Positions 43,233-58,689 of a stretch of DNA of 64,000 nucleotides are shown in pieces. Below the pieces are notes generated by a model. The model was not told the origin of the DNA. It saw only the letters and a program-made list of their open reading frames with translations, and made no database searches. The DNA is from Octopus vulgaris (taxonomy: Eukaryota). The stretch spans positions 11,718,001-11,782,000 of the forward strand of contig OX597821.1 of NCBI GenBank assembly GCA_951406725.2, read 5' to 3'. Numbering within the stretch: the stretch's first letter is position 1; each line of letters starts with the position of its first letter. The position numbers and the translations under genes are program-made.

Positions 43233-43430
43233 TGGCATCCTTTCTGTCTCGGGAGACAATGGAGTAGAGATAAATGAAATACCACTGAGCATTTCGTCTG
43301 GCGTGGTAACGTTTCTGCCAGCTCATACGACGGACGTCTCTCAGTTATCGTCTACCAAATCCACTCACAAGGCTTTGGTCGGCCCGAGGCTATAGTAGAA
43401 GACACTTGCCCATCTTGCCCACTTGCCCAA
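42944..43430 (-). mobile_element. SINE family B, head-truncated, with ~100-bp insert (43227-43325) containing a family C-like fragment
   Basis: Family B tail and partial head; the insert has gaaataccactgagcatttcg..taacgtttctgccagctc. Confidence 0.75.
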
Positions 43431-43466
43431 TAATAAGGCATTAAAAGAGAATGACTCTCTCCAGAC

Positions 43467-43506
<40 letters not shown>

Positions 43507-43507
<1 letters not shown>

Positions 43508-43780
43508 TTAATCCAAACAAGAAAACAAAAAAGACAACAACGCAAAGAGGTGGAACAATTAAAGTATTATTAGGCGCTCAGGAAAAAAGGGAAGAAGGAG
43601 AGTATGACTTTTCGAGCGGAGCTCTTCGTCGGAAACATAAGAGAAAGAAAGATCCCGAGGTGGGAGGACAGAGGGAAAAAAAACGCGAGTGGTCTTCACG
43701 AGGTAAACATACTGAAAGGCAGGAAGTCGTAGACGAGAGGGGACAGGTTTTCAAAGACAGGAGAGCGGAAAAAGAAGGAA
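43507..43780 (-). mobile_element. Penelope-like terminal fragment, same family as 61088-61297
   Basis: Reverse complement aligns to 61098-61297, including tttccgacgaagagctccgctcgaaa and the terminus tttggattaac next to (TA)n. Confidence 0.7.
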
Positions 43781-44574
43781 GGTAAAAACACAATGAGTGA
43801 GAAGAAGAGGGTGTGTATGTGAGTATGTGCGTGTGTGTGTATGTATGTATATGTAAGGCGACGGCTAGTGGCGGGCAGCGGTCGTAACGGTCTGCGAGAA
43901 GACAGAGTGTGTTTATTAGTGCGTGCGTCTGTGTGTAAGTGTGTGTATGTTGGGCGAAGGCTAGTGGACGTAGCTGTCACAGGTCAGTAGTAAAAGTAGT
44001 GCGTATGTTTAGGTGTGCGTATGTATGTGTGTGTCTATGTTTATATGTGTGTACGTATGTGTATGTGTGCGTGCGCGTGGAGGTATATGTTGGGTGTGTG
44101 TATGTGCCGGTGTGCGTGTGAATTTGTGTGTGTTTGTACGTGTGTAAGTGTGTGTGCGTGTATTGTATATATATAAATGTGTGTGTGAGAGTGCGTGGGA
44201 GTGAATGTATGTATGTGTGTGCGTGTCTTTACAAAAAGTAGGGGTATTATATGTGTGTGTATATATATGCATGCAAGGAAACAAACTGCAACTGACGGAA
44301 TGATGGAAAAATGCTTCCGCGGTGACAGGCGTAAGAGAAACCCAAGAACACGCTGGCCCCAGATACGAACCCGAGATTTAGCCAGAACCCACAGGCGTGG
44401 TGCATGCATGTATGTATGCGTGCGCGAGCGCGCACACGCATGTGAGTGTGTGTGTAAGTATGTGTGTGTGTGTGGATGTGTGAGTGTGTATGTGTGTATG
44501 TATGTGTGTCTGTGTGTCCGTATGAATGTATGTAAGTATGTGTGTGTGTATATGTGTGTGTGTATAGGTGTATG

Positions 44575-44623
<49 letters not shown>

Positions 44624-44703
44624 GTAGAATATGATATGAATAATATATTATATACATATATGTATATAAAATATAATATAATATAAAATAAAGAATATAT
44701 ATG

Positions 44704-44854
44704 CTCAGGAGTGGCTGCGTGGTATGATTGCCAACCACATGGTTCCGAGTTCAGTCCCACTACGTGACACTTTGGGCAAGTGTCTTCTACTATAGTTTCG
44801 GGCGGACGAAAGCCTTGTGAGTGTGTTTGGTAGACGGAGACTGAAAGAAGCCTG

Positions 44855-44858
<4 letters not shown>
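44704..44858 (+). mobile_element. SINE family B 5' half
   Basis: caggagtggctgcgtgg..gttcagtcccact..ttgggcaagtgtcttctac..ctgaaagaagcc. Confidence 0.8.
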
Positions 44859-44895
<37 letters not shown>

Positions 44896-45281
44896 CCTAT
44901 ATGCGTACAGGAAATCACAAACAGTAAACAACATGAAATACGAAAATAAATGAGTGGAATACGCAAACAGCGAGACAGACAAATGGAAAACAAGACAAGT
45001 AACATAAAAAACTACCCTTCATCAGTAGACAATATAAGTCTTGGAAGGAAGTTGCTCTCACAAAAGCCAAAATAAATCTTTGGATTTAGGGAGGGTCAAA
45101 GTTGGTAACAAAATCAGGACAATGGAGACATACATACAAAGAAACCGAACGAAAACAAACATAGAGGTTAGTTAGAAATTCGTCTGGTCTAACTATATAT
45201 AGATAGATAGATAGATTGATTGATAGATGATTGTTAGATGGTTAGATAGATAGAGAGAGAGAGAGAGATCAATAGACAGAC

Positions 45282-45337
<56 letters not shown>

Positions 45338-45407
45338 TGATTGATAGATGGTTAGATAGATAGATAGATAGATAGAGAGATCAATAGACAGACAGATAGA
45401 TAGACAA

Positions 45408-45455
<48 letters not shown>

Positions 45456-46320
45456 TTAGATAGATATATGTGTGTGTGTATATATATATACGTATGTAAT
45501 GATGGATGGATGGATGGATGGATGGAATGATATGTATGCATACATAGAATTATGTTCGTATTTACGTGCATATAGCTTTTATTCCTTATCTACATGTGAT
45601 TCACGAATATTTCTCTCCAAACATTTCGATTTTCTACCAATTTTTGAAGTTATTTTTATCACCTTGATACTACAAGCCCAGTTTAATCGTGGTCGTATGT
45701 CTTCCTTCTATATATAGAATAGGAGGATTCATTATATATTTTCGTTCTAAGTTGTTATTGGTCGTTTGTTGTCCATTAATTGCTGAATTTTTCCATGTGT
45801 ATATATTATATCGACACAAACATATATGTATATTGCAGAGGAAATATTAATTTTATCTGAAGAACTACGTATGCATTCATTGCTTTTTAATTCTTTTGAA
45901 AGTAGGTCATATGTTAGTACGTCGCAGTGTGTGTATGAAGAGGTAGTAGTTTAGGCCATTAATATGCAAGAAATGTCCAAGTCATTAGTGCTAAATTCTA
46001 TCTTGTGTCGGCGCCTATCAATGCAGAACGGCCGTTATGAGACCATTTATTATTGTGGCAGTTATTATGGAGCAACCGCCATTTTAGTAAACACTTAGGT
46101 GTTAGAAGTTAAAAAGAAAAGTAGAGGAGATGGTATTGATGTATAGTGATGTTATTTCCCTATCTAACCGGAATAGGAAATGAACTGTTGAATTGCAAGA
46201 GAAAATCAGGTAAAAGATGAAGGAAGTGTTCATGAATTTAGAGAAGACAGTGCTTCGATCATTAGGGGAAATCGAATAATAATAATAACAGTAATAATAA
46301 TAATAATAATAATAATAATG

Positions 46321-46390
<70 letters not shown>

Positions 46391-47065
46391 GAAGAAGAAG
46401 AAGAAGAAGAAGTAAAGTAAGGATGATAATATTAATGATAATAATAAACGAATAAATTAAATGAGACAATGATGAATAATGAAACTAGAATTAATGAATG
46501 CGAACGAAGATTGTAGAGAGTGACTAACTAGGTAGCCGCTCCACACCAAAAAGAAAAAAAAAGTGATAAAAATAAAAAAAAAGTAAAGCAAATAAACGTA
46601 AACGTGAATATGAATGACTGAAAGCGAAGGATATTGAACGTGGATTAACGGTTGAGATAATGTAACAATGAAGGAACGAGAATAAATCAACGAAAGTACC
46701 TTAGATGATGGTGAATGTACATAATAAATGAGAGCGAAGGAAAAGGCTATGAGAATGTTTTAGGTAAATTACGAGAGAGCGTTGACTATTTCCAAAATTT
46801 GTACTGATGAATTATGCATACATGGTTAAAGAATTACGCCGAGGATTTACACACAGACTCGCTGTACGTTGTAGGAATCGGTTTTCCACACTCACACGTA
46901 AAAAAAAAATACGGAAGCTAATACACACTATGTCGCTAGGTATGGCGAAGTTTAACCGCATAGTTGAGATTTCCTATTAGCGGTCTGGCATGTGTGTTGC
47001 AAATAGTCGTATGTCAAAGATTACGATTTCGCGTGAGGGTAAGGAAATATTTCTGTTGGTCACTT

Positions 47066-47448
47066 GATGGAAGCACTCCGTCGGTTACGACGATGAGGGT
47101 TCCGGTTGATCCGACCAACGGAACAGCCTGCTCGTGAAATTAACATATAAGTGGCTGAGCATTCCACAGACACGTGTACCCTTAACGTAGTTCTCGGGGA
47201 TATTCAGCGTGACACAGAGAGTGACAAGGCCGGCCCTTTGAAATACAGGTACAACAGAAACAGGAAGTAAGAGTGAGAGAAAGTTGTGGTGAAAGAGTAC
47301 AGCAGGGATCAACACCATCCCTGCCGGAGCCTCGTGGAGCTCTAGGTGTTTTCGCTCAATAAACACTCACAACGCCCGGTCTGGGAATCGAAACCGCGAT
47401 CCTCTGACCGCGAGTCCGCTGCCCTAACCACTGGGCCATTGCGCCTCC
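47066..47448 (-). mobile_element. SINE family A with 10-bp TSD
   Basis: Reverse complement of 20-405; ttggtcactt at 47056-47065 and 47450-47459. Confidence 0.9.
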
Positions 47449-47633
47449 TTTGGTCACTTACTGATTGTTGGTCACTTACTAATTGTTTCGCGTGGGTATG
47501 GTGATTTGGTAAGTTCGTAGTGTGTTTCATAGGTTCCCTCGCAGTATTTGCTACGAATCTTTCAACACCGAGGTCTGTTTCAGCGCAAGCACGCACACAT
47601 GTCATCACATATACAGACACACCTACAGACATA

Positions 47634-49174
<1,541 letters not shown>

Positions 49175-49444
49175 ACACACACCTACGCATATACACAGAG
49201 ATACACGCACAGAGAAATAGGTAAGACAGAGAGGTATATAGAGGGGTGGATATGTAAGCACTTACTTCGACACACAGGTAAAAAAGATAAACAGATTGAT
49301 ACATATATATGTAGGTAGCTAGATAAACTAACATTAATATACATACACACACGCATATATACATGTATGTATGCACACACACACAGTGTTACACACACAT
49401 ATATATATATACATATATATATTTATATATATACATATATATAT

Positions 49445-49920
49445 TCTTTTACTTGTTTCAGTAATTTGACTACGGCCATGATGCAGCATCGCCTTTACTC
49501 GAAGAAATCGATCGCAAGACTTAATCTTTGTAATCCTAGTACATATTCTATCGGTTGCTTTTACCGAACCGCTAAGTTATGGAGACATAAACACACCAAC
49601 ATCGGTTGTGAAGCGATGGTGGGGAGACAAACACACACACATAAATGCATACAGACATACCTGCATATATATTCATATACATACAAACATACATATATAT
49701 ATTTATATATATACATACATATATATATGCTCATTTACTTGTTTCAGTAATTTGACTAAGGCCATGATGGAGCACTGCGTTTAGTCGAAGAAATCGACCC
49801 CAAGAATTATTCTTTGTAAGCCTAGTACATATTCTATCAGTCCTTTCGCCGAACCGCTAAGTAATGGGGACGTAGGTGCATCAACATCGGTTGTCAAGCG
49901 ATGGTGGGAGACAAACGCAA
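49445..49920 (-). mobile_element. Two tandem SINE family B 3' halves (49445-49630, 49735-49920)
   Basis: Both begin tttacttgtttcagtaatttgacta and end in microsatellite. Confidence 0.8.
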
Positions 49921-50094
49921 ACACATAAATACATACAAACATACATGCATACATATACATACACACACACACATACATAGATACGAACATACACATACAT
50001 AGACTCAGACACAGACATGCAAAGATAGGTAAATAGATAGAAAGATAGATAGATAGATGCATAAATAGATAGATAGATAGATAGATAGGCAGAC

Positions 50095-50131
<37 letters not shown>

Positions 50132-50132
50132 T

Positions 50133-50164
<32 letters not shown>

Positions 50165-50174
50165 ATAGATAGAT

Positions 50175-50243
<69 letters not shown>

Positions 50244-51128
50244 GTTTCTTTATTGGCCACACAGGGCTGCACACAGATGGGACAAGTTACAAGGTAGAGC
50301 TTTTCTTTTGGGGGATGAAGAGAACAAAAAACAAAAGAAAAAAAAAGGGGTGGCGTAGGTTTTCGATCAAGAGGGATCGTAAAAGGGAAGAAAAGAACAA
50401 AAACAAAAAAACAACAAAAATTGAATAAAATAAAAAGAATAAAAAGAAAAAAAGGAAAGGAAAAGGAACAAAAGGAAAGAGAAATTAAAAAAGAAGAAAA
50501 AGAGGAAAAAAAGGGGAAGAGGAAAAAAAGAACGATCAATAGGGATCGTGTATCACAGTGTTATGATATATGGTGTAAAGGGGAAAGCAAGTAAGGTTTA
50601 TCCGTGGGAAGAAAAGCCTACGAAAAAGACCACGGTAACCTTGGTCAATATTGTTATATGTTACCACATTTGTTTGCAAGTGGGTAACCCTCTGTTTTCA
50701 ATTTCTGGGTTCATAGGATTATGCTCATGGTGGCTTCGTCATTCATACGTGCCATCCTTGCTACATTCACCCATCTTTTTTTAAAACATTCGCTAGACAA
50801 AACTTGCCTCTCTACTCTCACTTTCCTTTTCAAGTGGTACTTGAAGAAGTTGATGAGAGATTGACCAGAGAGGAAAGTGTTTGTCTCCAATCCTTTTAGA
50901 CGCGTCCACCAGATACATAGCCACAAGGATGAGGAAAATAGCTCTTCCTTCCCGTTTGAAGGAAGGAGGCGTGACAATATTGACGATAGACTCAGCTGAT
51001 AAACCGACTCGTCCCACACGTGACAGCAGTTGTTCGACATAAGCCCACAGGTCGGAAATTGTTGGACACTGCACGAGTGCGTGCAGAACGGTTTCGTCGC
51101 TCTGACCGCATCTCGGGCAGTACGGCCC
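50244..51128 (-). mobile_element. 5'-truncated Tx1/L1-clade LINE copy B (end of ORF2 plus 3' UTR)
   Basis: CPRCGQSDETVLHALVQC zinc-knuckle region nearly identical to copy A, with an 11-bp deletion; 3' end AATAAA then (TATC)n. Confidence 0.85.
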
Positions 51129-51129
51129 C

Positions 51130-51164
<35 letters not shown>

Positions 51165-52796
51165 TGTTTCTTTATTAGCCACGCAGGGCTGCACACAGAT
51201 AGAACAAATTACAAGGTAGAGCTTTTCTTTTGAAGGTTTAAAAAAAAAAAAAAAAAGGAAGGGGGAGTTTCGATCAAAAGGGATCGTAAAAGGAGAGAAA
51301 GAGGACAAAAAAAAGGGGGGGTTAAAAAAAAAGGGGGAGAGGAAAAAAAAAATTGATCAATAGGGATCGTTATCACAGAAATGTCAATATGAAGTGTAAA
51401 GGGGAGGACAGGTGAGGTTTACCCGTGGAAAGAAAAGCCTACGGAAAAGACCACGGTAACCTCGGTCAATGAAGTCACATTTTATATTTCTTTTTTTTTT
51501 TTTTTTTTGCAAATAAGCAACTCTCTGTTTTCGATTTCTGGGTTCATAGGACTATGCTCAAGGTGGCTTCGTCATTCATACGTGCCATTCTTGCTACATT
51601 CACCCATCTTTTTTTAAAACATTCGCTAGACAAAACTTGCCTCTCTACTCTCACTTTCCTTTTCAAGTGGTACTTGAAGAAGTTGATGAGAGATTGACCA
51701 GAGAGGAAAGTGTTTGTCTCCAATCCTTTCAGACGCGTCCACCAGATACATTCTTTCGCCATAGCCACAAGGATGATGAAAATAGCTCTTCCTTCCCGTT
51801 TGAAGGAAGGAGGCGTGACAATATTGACGATAGACTCAGCTGATAAACCGACTCGTCCCACACGTGACAGCAGTTGTTCGACATAAGCCCACAGGTCGGA
51901 AATTGTTGGACACTGAACGAGTGCGTGCAGAACGGTTTCGTCGCTCTGACCGCATCTCGGGCAGGTCGGCCCCGTGTTTCTCGAGCCGTGTCTGTAGAGC
52001 TTATCCCGAACGGGTAGCGCTTCTCGGTAGCACTGCCAGGCCAGGGATCTCTGGAAGTTGTCCATGGGCCCTGGCCCGAAAGTCGTCCTGAACAGGCGGG
52101 TCAGGTACTCCTCGTCGACGTCCAGGTTCGCCCCGAGCTCGTCGTCGTACCTCCCCTCCACTAAACCCCTATAGAATGCTTTGGTTGTGTTGAAGTCACT
52201 TAAGGTCGACCCAGGACGGCAGAGTTGCTTGAGAGCAACGCGACACTCGCGGTGCCATTCGCCCTTCCTCGGCCTCTTTTTGATCCACGACTGCAGTTCG
52301 GTCATGGAGACGAGCTGCGGGAAAGCGTGCCTCACAAACGGCGACCACACCTGTTCACCGTCGTCTACATAGAGCCGGAGATGTCGCAGTCTCAGCGCGT
52401 GTCTGCGCATCATCAACCACGGCATGCCCAGCCCTCCTTTTAACGGGTGTTGACAGCAAATGGATCGCCTGACCATCGGGATGCATCCTTTCCACAAGAA
52501 GCGAAAGAGGATGCGTTGTAGTTTGGTGATGGTAGGGTCGGGACAAGGTACGACGGTCAGGCGGTAGTAGATGACGGACGCGATGTACGTGTTCGCCACC
52601 TCCGCTCGACCTTTTAGGACAGTTTCCTCTCGGCCCATTGCCGGGCGAGAGTGACCACCCTACTCGTTATCTCGTTCCAGTTCTTCTCCACTTGGAGGTC
52701 CGGACCAAACCAGACCCCGAGCAACTCAACCGGGCCGTCGGTCCAGCGTCCCACGACGGAGGCGCTGGTGGACGGCATGGGCTTGCTTCTCCAGGT
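51165..52796 (-). mobile_element. 5'-truncated Tx1/L1-clade LINE copy A
   Basis: ORF2 C-terminus plus pyrimidine-rich 3' UTR ending gctaataaagaaaca; (GATA)n on both sides. Confidence 0.88.
51544..52796 (-). pseudogene. LINE ORF2 C-terminal fragment (post-RT region and CCHC zf-RVT-like motif)
   Basis: LLGVWFG..NW..W.ERKLS[frameshift near 52617]KGRA..FLW..P.KGGLG.P..CPRC..ETVLHALVQC..IWWTR, typical of L1/Tx1 ORF2. Confidence 0.88.
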
Positions 52797-52847
<51 letters not shown>

Positions 52848-52852
52848 GATAA

Positions 52853-52899
<47 letters not shown>

Positions 52900-53403
52900 T
52901 ATAAATAGATTGACTGATAGGCTGATTGCCCGATTGATCGATCGGTAGATTGACTTGGTTAGTCGATTAATTGATTGACAGACAAATCGAAATAATTCTC
53001 TGTCCCGGTGGTGCTTCATCAATATGGATGCGAAATAATTCCAACTCTAATAGGATAAGAGATATTAGCAATAACTCTTAACAAATGTAAGAACCGAAGT
53101 AGGTTTGAAACATGATAAGATATAGTTCATGTGTGTATGAATACATGCAGGGAACTATTTCTTTGCGTGGGTGCCTTGTAATACGTAAATATATAAGCCG
53201 TAATCCACTTGTATTGTTTAATGCCTTTTAGAAGTAGAAATCTGTTAATCCGACATCTAAGTTGTTTCTTAGTACAGTTAATATTCACACAAACATACAA
53301 ACCGGTAAACGCAAGCACAAGTACGCAGTTACGCACACACAAATACATCGATATAAATAGTACTAATACGTTTATACATGAATTATATATGTGTGCGTGT
53401 GCC

Positions 53404-53515
<112 letters not shown>

Positions 53516-53639
53516 TATATATATATATCCACATATTTAAATCTCTCTCTCTATATATAGCTTCTTTTACATATGTATGTGTCTTTGCATGTGTGTGCGC
53601 ACACGTATATAGGTATGTATATATACATATGTAAGTATG

Positions 53640-53683
<44 letters not shown>

Positions 53684-53770
53684 GTTTGTACATTGATACG
53701 CATTCGTGTTTGTGCATGAATGTACATGTGTACATGTGTGTATATTTGTGCATGTGTGTGTATATATATG

Positions 53771-53855
<85 letters not shown>

Positions 53856-54288
53856 ACATATATCTGTATATATCTATATATATGTATATGTCTATGTATA
53901 TATGTCTGTATGTATATATTTCCATCGTTATGTGTGTGAGTACGCATTTCTTTAATAAGCATGCATGCAAATTATGATATAAAAATAGTCGGTAATCGCA
54001 AATACACAAGCATAGAAATCTTGTAAGAAGAAACGAAGATAGAATTAGTTCTGTAATCAGTAAGACAGTAGGAAGAAATGAAATTTTATTCGAAGGATGA
54101 TCGAAAATAATAGGATTATTAGTCGCATGAAGGAATACTAGGTAGAATATAAACGTGTACCGTGTGGAATAGATAATAAAAAACTGAGTAGCAAATTATA
54201 AATAAGCTACGTCAGAAAAACAATGTAATTTTTACACAGAGCAACTCACAAATAGAAAGATGTTTAAGTGCACAAGCGCACGGAGTCA

Positions 54289-55610
54289 GACATACATACA
54301 TACATACATACATGCATACATACATACATACATACATAGATACATGCATGCATACATACATGCATACATACATGCATGCATGCATACATACATACATACA
54401 TACATACATACATGCATGCATACATACATACATACATACATGCAAACATACATACATACATACATACATACATACATACATACATACATACATACATACA
54501 TACATACATACATGCATACATGCATGCATACATACATACATACATACATACATACATACATACATACATACATGCATACATACATACATACATGCATACA
54601 TGCATGCATACATACATACATACATACATACATACATACATACATACATACATACATGCATACATACATACATACATACATACATACATACATGCATACA
54701 TACATACATACATACATACATGCATGCATACATACATACATACATACATACATACATACATGAATACATACATACATACATACATACATACATACATACA
54801 TACATACATACATACATGCATACATACATACATACATACATACATACATACATACATACATACATACATACATACATACATACATACATACATACATACA
54901 TACATACATACATACATACATACATACATACATACATACATACATACATACATACATACATACATGCATGCATACATACATACATACATGCAAACATACA
55001 TACATGCATACATACATACATACATACATACATACATACATACATACATACATACATGTATACATGCATGCATACATACATACATACATACATACATACA
55101 TACATACATACATACATACATACATACATACATACATACATACATACATACATACATACATACATACATACATACATACATACATACATACAAACATGCA
55201 TACATACATACATACATACATACATACATACATGCATACATACATACATACATACATGCATACATACATACATACATACATACATACATACATACATACA
55301 TACATACATACATACATACATACATACATACATACATACATACATGCATACATACATACATACATACATACATACATACATACATACATACATGCATACA
55401 TACATACATACATACATACATGCATACATACATACATACATACATACATACATCCATGCATACATACATACATACATACATACATACATACATACATACA
55501 TACATACATACATACATACATACATACATACATGCATACATACATACATACATACATCCATCCATACATACATACATACATACATACATACATACATACA
55601 TACATACATA
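54289..55610. repeat. ~1.3-kb (ATAC)n microsatellite with ATGC variants
   Basis: Direct reading. Confidence 0.98.
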
Positions 55611-56033
55611 AAGATTTGTGTAATCTAAGACGTAGTTATACTAATAGCTGCGTATATACATAAATATTTGAAGTATAAATGCCGACATTATGACATTCGT
55701 ATAAACATATATTCGCATACCCTGGCTCATGTATATACGTGCATACACATATACTCACACACACTCACATACACGCACACACAGATACACAGATTATGTA
55801 TATAGAGATAAGGAGGAGGGGAATACAGATCCGTGAATAGTACTTTATAATCATACTCGTGATAACTTAAATGCCATTTAGGTATAGTACATTAGCTGTA
55901 CATAGGTACACCCATACGTACACACTTCACGGAAACTGAATCAAGCTGTTTTATATAATATGCTTACTTTTACACACGCACGCACACATACACGCACACA
56001 CACATATGTATGTATGCATTATGTAAATATGTA

Positions 56034-56087
<54 letters not shown>

Positions 56088-56519
56088 CATTTATGCATAT
56101 ACATACATACATACATACAAGCATGCATGCATATCTTAATATGTATAAGCGTATTGCTTAATTCTTGAATGATTTTATATGCAATCAGTTTGTGATCATA
56201 TCTGAGTCGTTTGCTACGATAATATATATACGGGTAGGTATTATTGTGTAGGTTGGTAACTGTGCTTATCACAAGATTATACGAGATTGATTAACGTAAG
56301 ATGGTCGAAGTCTGAGGAGGTTCATTTCAAAATCACAATAAACCGGTTTCGAACCCACTGAGTGTGTTAGTGAGTGAGTTTCACTGAATCCTCGAATTGA
56401 TGCCAGCACTACGAGAAAAATTGATGAGATAGAATTAATTAGATTTGTAATTCGATTTCTTTCACTCCTCTCCATCAACGTGTCACATTTTTTGTTCGTG
56501 GATTATACTGCCTTCAAGT

Positions 56520-57100
56520 TTTGGCAGAAGGCCAGCAATTTCAGAGGAAGGATTAGTCAATTAGGCGCATGAGTGGCTGTGTGGTAAGTAGCTTGCTTCT
56601 CAACCACAGGGTTCCGGGTTCATTCCCACTGCATGGCAACTTGGGCAAGTGTCCTCTATTATAGCCTCGGGCCGACCAAATCCTTTTGAGTGGATGTGGT
56701 AGACAGAAACTGAAAGAAGCTCGTCGCATATATGTTTATATATATATATGTATGTGTGTATGTGTGTTAGTGTGTCTGTGTTCCCCCTCCCCAACATCGC
56801 TTTACAACCAGTGGGGGTGTGTTTACGTCCCCGTAACTTAGCAGTTCGGCAAAAGAGACCGATAGAATAAGTACTAGGCTTACAAAGAATAAGTCCTGAG
56901 GTCGATTTGCTTGACTAAAGGTGGTGCTCCAGCATGGCCGCAGTCAAATGACTGGAACAAGTAAAAGAGTAAAAGAGATTAGATTGACCTCAGTACTCAA
57001 ATGCCATAGCGGAATTTGAACTCAGAAAGTAAAAAGCGGACGAAATGCCGCTAAGCGTTTAACCAAGCGTGCTAATTATTCAGCCAACTCCCTGCCTTAC
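56520..57100 (-). mobile_element. Old family C-related SINE interrupted by a family B copy
   Basis: ttggcagaaggccagcaattt.. on the left and ..ggaatttgaactcagaa..gacgaaatgccgctaagc on the right. Confidence 0.6.
56563..56977 (+). mobile_element. SINE family B, full length
   Basis: Head to gtaaaagagtaaaagag tail; short repeat attag at 56560-56564 and 56978-56982 (possible TSD). Confidence 0.9.
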
Positions 57101-57259
57101 TCATGGATCATATCAAGAATATACATGTTTGTTGAATATTGAGAAAATTTATCCACACACACGGTAATTTAATGAATATGGATTTCACCTGAACGAACGA
57201 AATTACATGACGTCGAAACAGACGAGTTACACTTTCTGTGGTCAAAAGTTGTTCCTCAC

Positions 57260-57680
57260 ACTATTGCCAGCTGATGGTCTAACAATTATAAGTTGCTGGT
57301 CATACAATTTTAAGCTGGTAACAATAAAATTACAAGCTCATGGTCTTACTATTGCAGTTTAGTGAGAATAGTATTAAAAACTGGTAGCCATTCTATTATA
57401 TGTATATGGCCATAGTTGTTCTAGCTGGGGACTATACTATCACAAGCTGGTGTCCATAGGATTATGAGCTGGTTATCATACTACAACAAACTTGTGCTCA
57501 TGCCATTACAATCTGTTGAGGATAGTATAAAAAGCTGATAGCTATACTGTTGCATGTTTGTTATGCTATTTTACTTGCAAGCCTCCGAATAGAAACTTTT
57601 GTCCATGCTATGAGAAAACGGTGACTATATTACATGCTAGCGTCCGTACTATTACAATCTATTAACGATAATATTGCATT
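57260..57680. repeat. Diverged 22-bp minisatellite
   Basis: Consecutive 22-mers resembling actattacaagctggtggccat. Confidence 0.8.
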
Positions 57681-58689
57681 GCAACCAAGGTGACTGGTCA
57701 AATATTTTAGAGAGAGTACAGTCGATTATAATCAATAGTCACTTGATTTTCATTGATGTTTTATGAATTTGAATCTGAATAAGACGAGGAAAATGCTAGG
57801 AAACACCGCACACACACATATACATATACATACATGTTGTACACACATACATTCATGCATACATATGTACACGCATGTGTGTAAGTGTGTGTAGGCATAT
57901 ATTGATGTATCTCTCATTACATGCTGGTATTCTTCCGACAATAAGGGAGCAGGATTCTAACAAAGAAACAAAATTTCCTATATTTCACTTTGGGAAATAA
58001 CACCGATTATCCTTTCATATCCAAATATTTGCATATATTTCCCGTTTTACTTACACACTGCATCTGTAGATGATGCGTTAGCCGGTTTTTTCTATGCTTG
58101 AAAATTCTAACTTCTTCAGATTGTGGTTTAGGAACTTATTGACTTAAATGCGTACCTCAATGAACATTGGTAGGAAGTAAATATAAATATGTAGGTATGA
58201 AGTATGCATGTATGCATGCATGTCGTGGACCTGACTTTAAACTGATGCCGGGAGGGTCACTGGTTCGGGAAATCTCAGATTTGAAGAATGATGAACCACT
58301 TCGTAACCGCTGTGGTTTCCAGTTCTCAGGTCTATTCTGACCCTTAATAATAGCAACTGTCTGAGTCCTAGCTGTGGGTTGACTGGTATATATGACGATA
58401 TTGCGTCTGAACGCGGGGACGTAGAAATATTGTTGATTGATGTCAAAGCGCGCAGTTAAACCAATGAGAAAAAGGGACACTGGACTAAATCCCTCTAGGA
58501 GAGAGATTCCCTGATGTAAACCCTACGGTTTCATGTAACTACCAGTCATCTTAGGCCTGTCACTAGGTACTAATGACGGAGATTCAGAAAGGGTCACTCG
58601 TGTAGTACAAGCGTTTATAACTTTAATCCAATTACGGAAATATCTCTTTATTTTGACCTCATTTGATATCTCATATACACTTTTCTACT

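Noticed and set aside
54212-55663. 400+ aa ORFs in several frames (MYVC / HTYI repeats)
   Set aside because: Translation of an (ATAC)n microsatellite that lacks stop codons; not a gene
57260-57680. Regularly spaced repeat as a possible CRISPR array
   Set aside because: No constant repeat with unique spacers, eukaryotic context, no cas genes
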